A stretch of 64,000 nucleotides of DNA from positions 310,001 to 374,000 of the forward strand of contig CBFDEM010000004.1 in assembly GCA_965603825.1 (NCBI GenBank), in the 5' to 3' direction. Numbering within the stretch: the stretch's first letter is position 1; each line of letters begins with the position of its first letter. This stretch comes from Blepharisma stoltei ATCC 30299 (taxonomy: Eukaryota; Protista; Ciliophora). A program made the position numbers and the translations under genes. The notes under the pieces were generated by a model. The model had not been told where the DNA came from. It saw only the letters and a program-made list of their open reading frames with translations, and searched no databases. Of the stretch, positions 60,101-64,000 are shown piece by piece.

Positions 60101-60460
60101 TTCTTTTCAAATTCTTACTTCTCGGTTGTTTAAATCTTTATCGCTTTTTCTCCTTCTGTAGTCTTGGTAAGCATCTTTAATTAGTGTAACTGTAAGGACG
60201 AGAGAAAGCGGAGCAATTGTGGCCCAAGAAGAAGTTGGAGATAGGCCAAAAGGGAGAATTTGGAAAATCGAGACAATTAAAAACCATATGTTGGCAACTC
60301 TGTGAAACTGCTCAAAGAGGTTTTTAGGGATTAACGTTAGAGTGGTGTATTTAGCTGTAGTAATAAAATTGTTCGGAAATATATTAGAATTGGTGTTACG
60401 GCCTCTATTTAACGCAATTTCCCGAAATTCTGTAGCATCTCTATTCCTCCCGTCTACCAT
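54200..60460 (-). CDS. Alveolate bifunctional P4-ATPase / guanylyl cyclase (~2086 aa)
   Basis: [37 protein letters not shown]. Then two TM blocks with cyclase domains [23 protein letters not shown] and [22 protein letters not shown]. Four track ORFs joined by three TGA. Confidence 0.95.
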
Positions 60461-60580
60461 TAAATAGATTTTAAAAGTTAAGAAAAAGGCAGCCTTATTG
60501 CTTATTATTTTATCCAATCCCAAATGTAGCTTTTATAGTATTCCAATAAAAATTCATCTTTATTATGCCGATTTTATAAA

Positions 60581-63529
60581 ATGAAATATCAAATGAATTT
60601 CAATCAGGAGCTAGAAGACATCCCTAAAGTCCACGTCCTTCTGATCGGAGTCGAAAACTTGCCTGATGAAAAGTTGCAGATGTACTGTGATATCTTGGCG
60701 ACTTATTCAAAAATTTCTCTTGAATCTGTAAACTTTACCAATGAAATGAGAGATCTTGCATCAAATTTTTCCAGCACATATTCAGATGGATATGTCAACT
60801 ATAAATTTCATATAAAAAATGACATTGGGGCAAGTTATCCTCTTCATTTGTTTAAGAACTTCCTTGTGGTGTTTGGGATAGGAGAGCATGTGAGCGATAT
60901 CATGTCAAGTTATTATTTTATCTCAAAAACAGCTGGAAGCATACCGAGCTGCAGGCTTTGGCGACTTTTATGCTTTGAGCCTAATGAAGATGATAGTAAA
61001 TATGAGCAAGAAGCTAAAAATTTGATTTTATTTCACCCTGGACTTGCTCATGATAGATTGTGTGCCAGCGTTGAAATTGTGCTGCAAGACCTAACAGGGA
61101 TGCTTATAGCAGAATTTGGGAGATTAGCTGAAGAGATGCATGTAAAAGAGTGTATTTATTTGCCTGATGAAAATGATTTCGCAAAGCTTAAGAAAAAGAA
61201 GAATGGGAGGTATATCAAATTAATTGGCGATCTGTGCTTATTGTTGGGAAGCTTGATAGAAGCTAATGAAGAGTACGTAAAAGCATTAGAAGCAGAAAAT
61301 AAAACAAGTGATTGGCTTTGGGTAGCAGCAACTTATGAATCAATAGCAGCGACTGAACTTATGCTTTCTTCTGGGCAATATCAGAATCTTGAAGCAATTT
61401 TATCAAAATTGGGGGAGGCTAAGTTTAATTACACGAAAGCCAAAAATCCGATGCTAGCGATAGAATGCCAGTACAGAATGGCGAAACTTTATATAAACTC
61501 AGGCCAAAAATTCAAAGGAATAGAAATTATGACTAGAGTTTTAGACTCTGAAATAGATGGAGTCGATCAATATGATAGAGTTTATGTAGCTAAATCATTA
61601 GGAGACTTGTGCAAATCTCTTGGCTATCATCGGAAATCAGGATTTTTTTATAAACTTGCTGCTCATAAATGCTATGATAATATGAATTATCAAGATGCTT
61701 TAAAGCTAATGGACGAGGCTGCTGAGTCTTATCATATTAAAAAAGGGGAAGAGGGGGAAACTGCAACAAAATTAAAAGCAGACAGTTCATTTAATTGAAC
61801 CATCCATAACCAAAGAGAAAATATGAAGCCTTGAGTAAGAGGCCAGTATCAAGGGTGGAAAAACTTACAGAAACTTACATTAGAATACCTCAAAGCCCTT
61901 TCAAAAAAGGTATCTAGCTCCGCAAATAAGGGAAGCACAGTCAAATATACATGAGACCTTTTAGCTATTTTACACTCTTCTTTCACTCCAGAGTTGCAAA
62001 CACAACTGAAGCTAGAAATAGAACAAGATGCCATTCACGTGCCCTCAGAGCATTTGTTTCGGCCGCTAGTTCAGCTGACAAGCTTGAAGCCACAAAAATA
62101 TTCTTTGGAAGTGAATATAGAAAACGGCGATTCCCCTTTTTTGTTCAACCCATTTCCTGATAAAGGTTTGAACTGGATCACTGATTGTCTTAACATTGTT
62201 AGAGCTGTCATGCATAATCCTCTTTCTTTTGATGTTCCTTTAGATCATACACGACTGCTAGTAGAAGGCGCTGCTGAATGCTGTCCAAGTAATAATTAAT
62301 TAGCTTCACATACACTTCCTGCACACTCCACTGAGAGTTTTGAGTACTATATTGTTCCAAAAACCCTAGGAAATTTGAAAATTGTAGGAGTGCATATGCA
62401 GATGCTAGGCTTAAACTGCACTATTCAAGTAGATCCAATTGAAATCGAAGTAATGCAGAGACTGCCTGAGCTAAAGGTCCAAGCAGACCAAAACAAAGTT
62501 GTCATGCTATCTTCAGAGCTTCGCACTATAAACCTAAGCATTAAAAATATCAGCAGTGAGCCATTGGGAAATTTCAAAATTTACTGTGAGCCTTCAGAAG
62601 TTGCAACTTTTGATACAGAGCAGCTTGAAACTTTGAAAACCCTTCGAAGCAACTCACAAGCTCAGCTTCAGGTCACCCTAAACGCCTATAAAGACTCAAC
62701 TAATGTGAAGTTTTCTATCAGATATAGCAACTCAGAAGGGAAAATCTGGCTTTCTGACTCAGTTTCACTGTTTATGGAAGTCATAGCTGGAGTAGAGATT
62801 CTAGAATCCCGAATGGAGCCTCTCTTTGAATACTCCTGGTGGGAAGACCTTCATAAAGTTAATCCTTCAATGTCAGAAATTGGCAACTCCTTTGGGCACC
62901 GAGATAAGGACCGAGGAATTAACGATCATTCATTTTGCAAGTTCATTGTGAAAGTGGTTAACAGAAGCAAAGATGACTTAGAAATTTCAGCCTTAATTAC
63001 AAACCTTTCACTAGTTGAGTCTCAGCAAGTGATTATCCCTCCTGAGCAGACTCATGAATTGTCATTGCTTTTAGAGAGATTTGAAAATGTCACAGTTATT
63101 GAGCTAAATAAAAGGATTTCAATTGAATGAAGAAGTTTAGGGAATAATAGAAGAGGGAAAATTGATAATTTACCATATGAAACACCTTTATTTATTTATG
63201 CTGAACAGCCTAAAGTTAAATTTAGCGCTGTCCATGGTAATGATGGACCTTTTAAAAATGTTTGAATTAAGGTGACGTTTGAAGAAGATCACAAAGGGGA
63301 TTATCTATATTTATATCCGCTTAAAAGATTGCCTGATGGAAATAAGAAACTATTGCCGCAGGATCTTATACTTATTGGGTCTTTAGCAATATCTCTGAAT
63401 GAAGGAGAAAAGGAGTGTGTGCATGAATTAAAATATTTACCATTAGAAAAGTTTGGATATTGCTTAGTTGCGGCAGTAGGCAGCAAATCTTGTGTAAGAT
63501 GGTGGAGTCATGAAAGTTGGGAGCTATAA
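60581..63529 (+). CDS. TRAPPC9: TRAPPII subunit TRAPPC9/Trs120; intron 62289-62303
   Basis: GRYIKLIGDLCLLLGS..EA..Y..DWLW.A..E, GYHRKSGFF, PFLFNPF, NPLSFDV. Alternative start 60593. Confidence 0.88.
62289..62303 (+). other. 15-nt intron (TRAPPC9)
   Basis: gtaataattaattag. Confidence 0.88.
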
Positions 63530-63800
63530 CATAATATTTATTTTATTTATTATAAATCTTGGCTAATTAATGATACCAGCAAAAAACACAAAAAGCCAAT
63601 AATTAATAAATAAACAGTTACATTACTGATCAGTGTCAATAATATATTTATTATGAAATATAATAAATTTATATCTATATACCAAAATAAATAATCTCAT
63701 TAAATAATTATAGCTAGATGTAGAATTTTGGTGTGATTCGTATTTTAAATTTCATTGGGCACGAAACTAAGGTAAGGAAAATTATTTTTTATTTTATAAA

Positions 63801-64000
63801 ATGGGAAGTAGTTGTATGCGAATTGGCAAAAAAGATTTCGAGCCTCAAATTCTTCCTGCTGATCCTTCCAATGACAAAGATGAGGCCAAGCAGTTGATCT
63901 CACAACAGTCAACAAATTTAAAAATTTTGGATGAAGAACGAAAATTCACTAGGCACTCACCAGCAAAAATAAAGCATAAAGCTCCCAAAGTTGATGCAAG
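63801..64000 (+). CDS. 5' portion of an MG-initiated (probably myristoylated) protein, 3' partial
   Basis: ATG after an AT-rich tract; open to the window end (MGSSCMRIGKK..). Confidence 0.6.
   Translation, partial: MGSSCMRIGKKDFEPQILPADPSNDKDEAKQLISQQSTNLKILDEERKFTRHSPAKIKHKAPKVDA

Overview
Gene-dense, AT-rich eukaryotic DNA that reads as the macronuclear genome of a heterotrich ciliate, most likely Blepharisma. Two features support this. First, in-frame TGA falls at conserved Trp positions in many proteins while genes end only in TAA/TAG, so UGA = Trp. Second, there are 15-16-nt GT..AG introns with an invariant A at position 10. The supplied standard-code, unspliced ORF track is therefore fragmented. 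Re-reading gives about 45 protein genes, one tRNA-Ile(AAU), a disrupted histone H2A copy and 19 candidate tiny introns. Two genes are absent or unrecognisable in the track: a TVP15/COPI-associated protein and ATG10. Other recognisable genes include hemC, roadblock, calcineurin A, PCNA, a PH-TBC GAP, UBX, NEK, WDR20-like, a TRIM-like RBCC, mt-uL15, NUBP1, a mitochondrial carrier, a GCR1/cAR-type GPCR, SUN, PDI, TMBIM, MFS, 14-3-3, phnW, VPS52, TRAPPC9 and the alveolate P4-ATPase/guanylyl-cyclase fusion. The most interesting leads are an unexplained ~165-nt multibranched structured element (candidate ncRNA) at 49904-50068, a POT1/TEBP-alpha homologue with an extra N-terminal OB-like domain, a PERK-like kinase with an IRE1-type luminal domain, a switch-degenerate kinesin fused to CCDC78, and two motif-eroded metal transporters. 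No mobile elements, CRISPR arrays or telomeric repeats were seen. Family calls rest on motifs recognised by eye, not on database searches.
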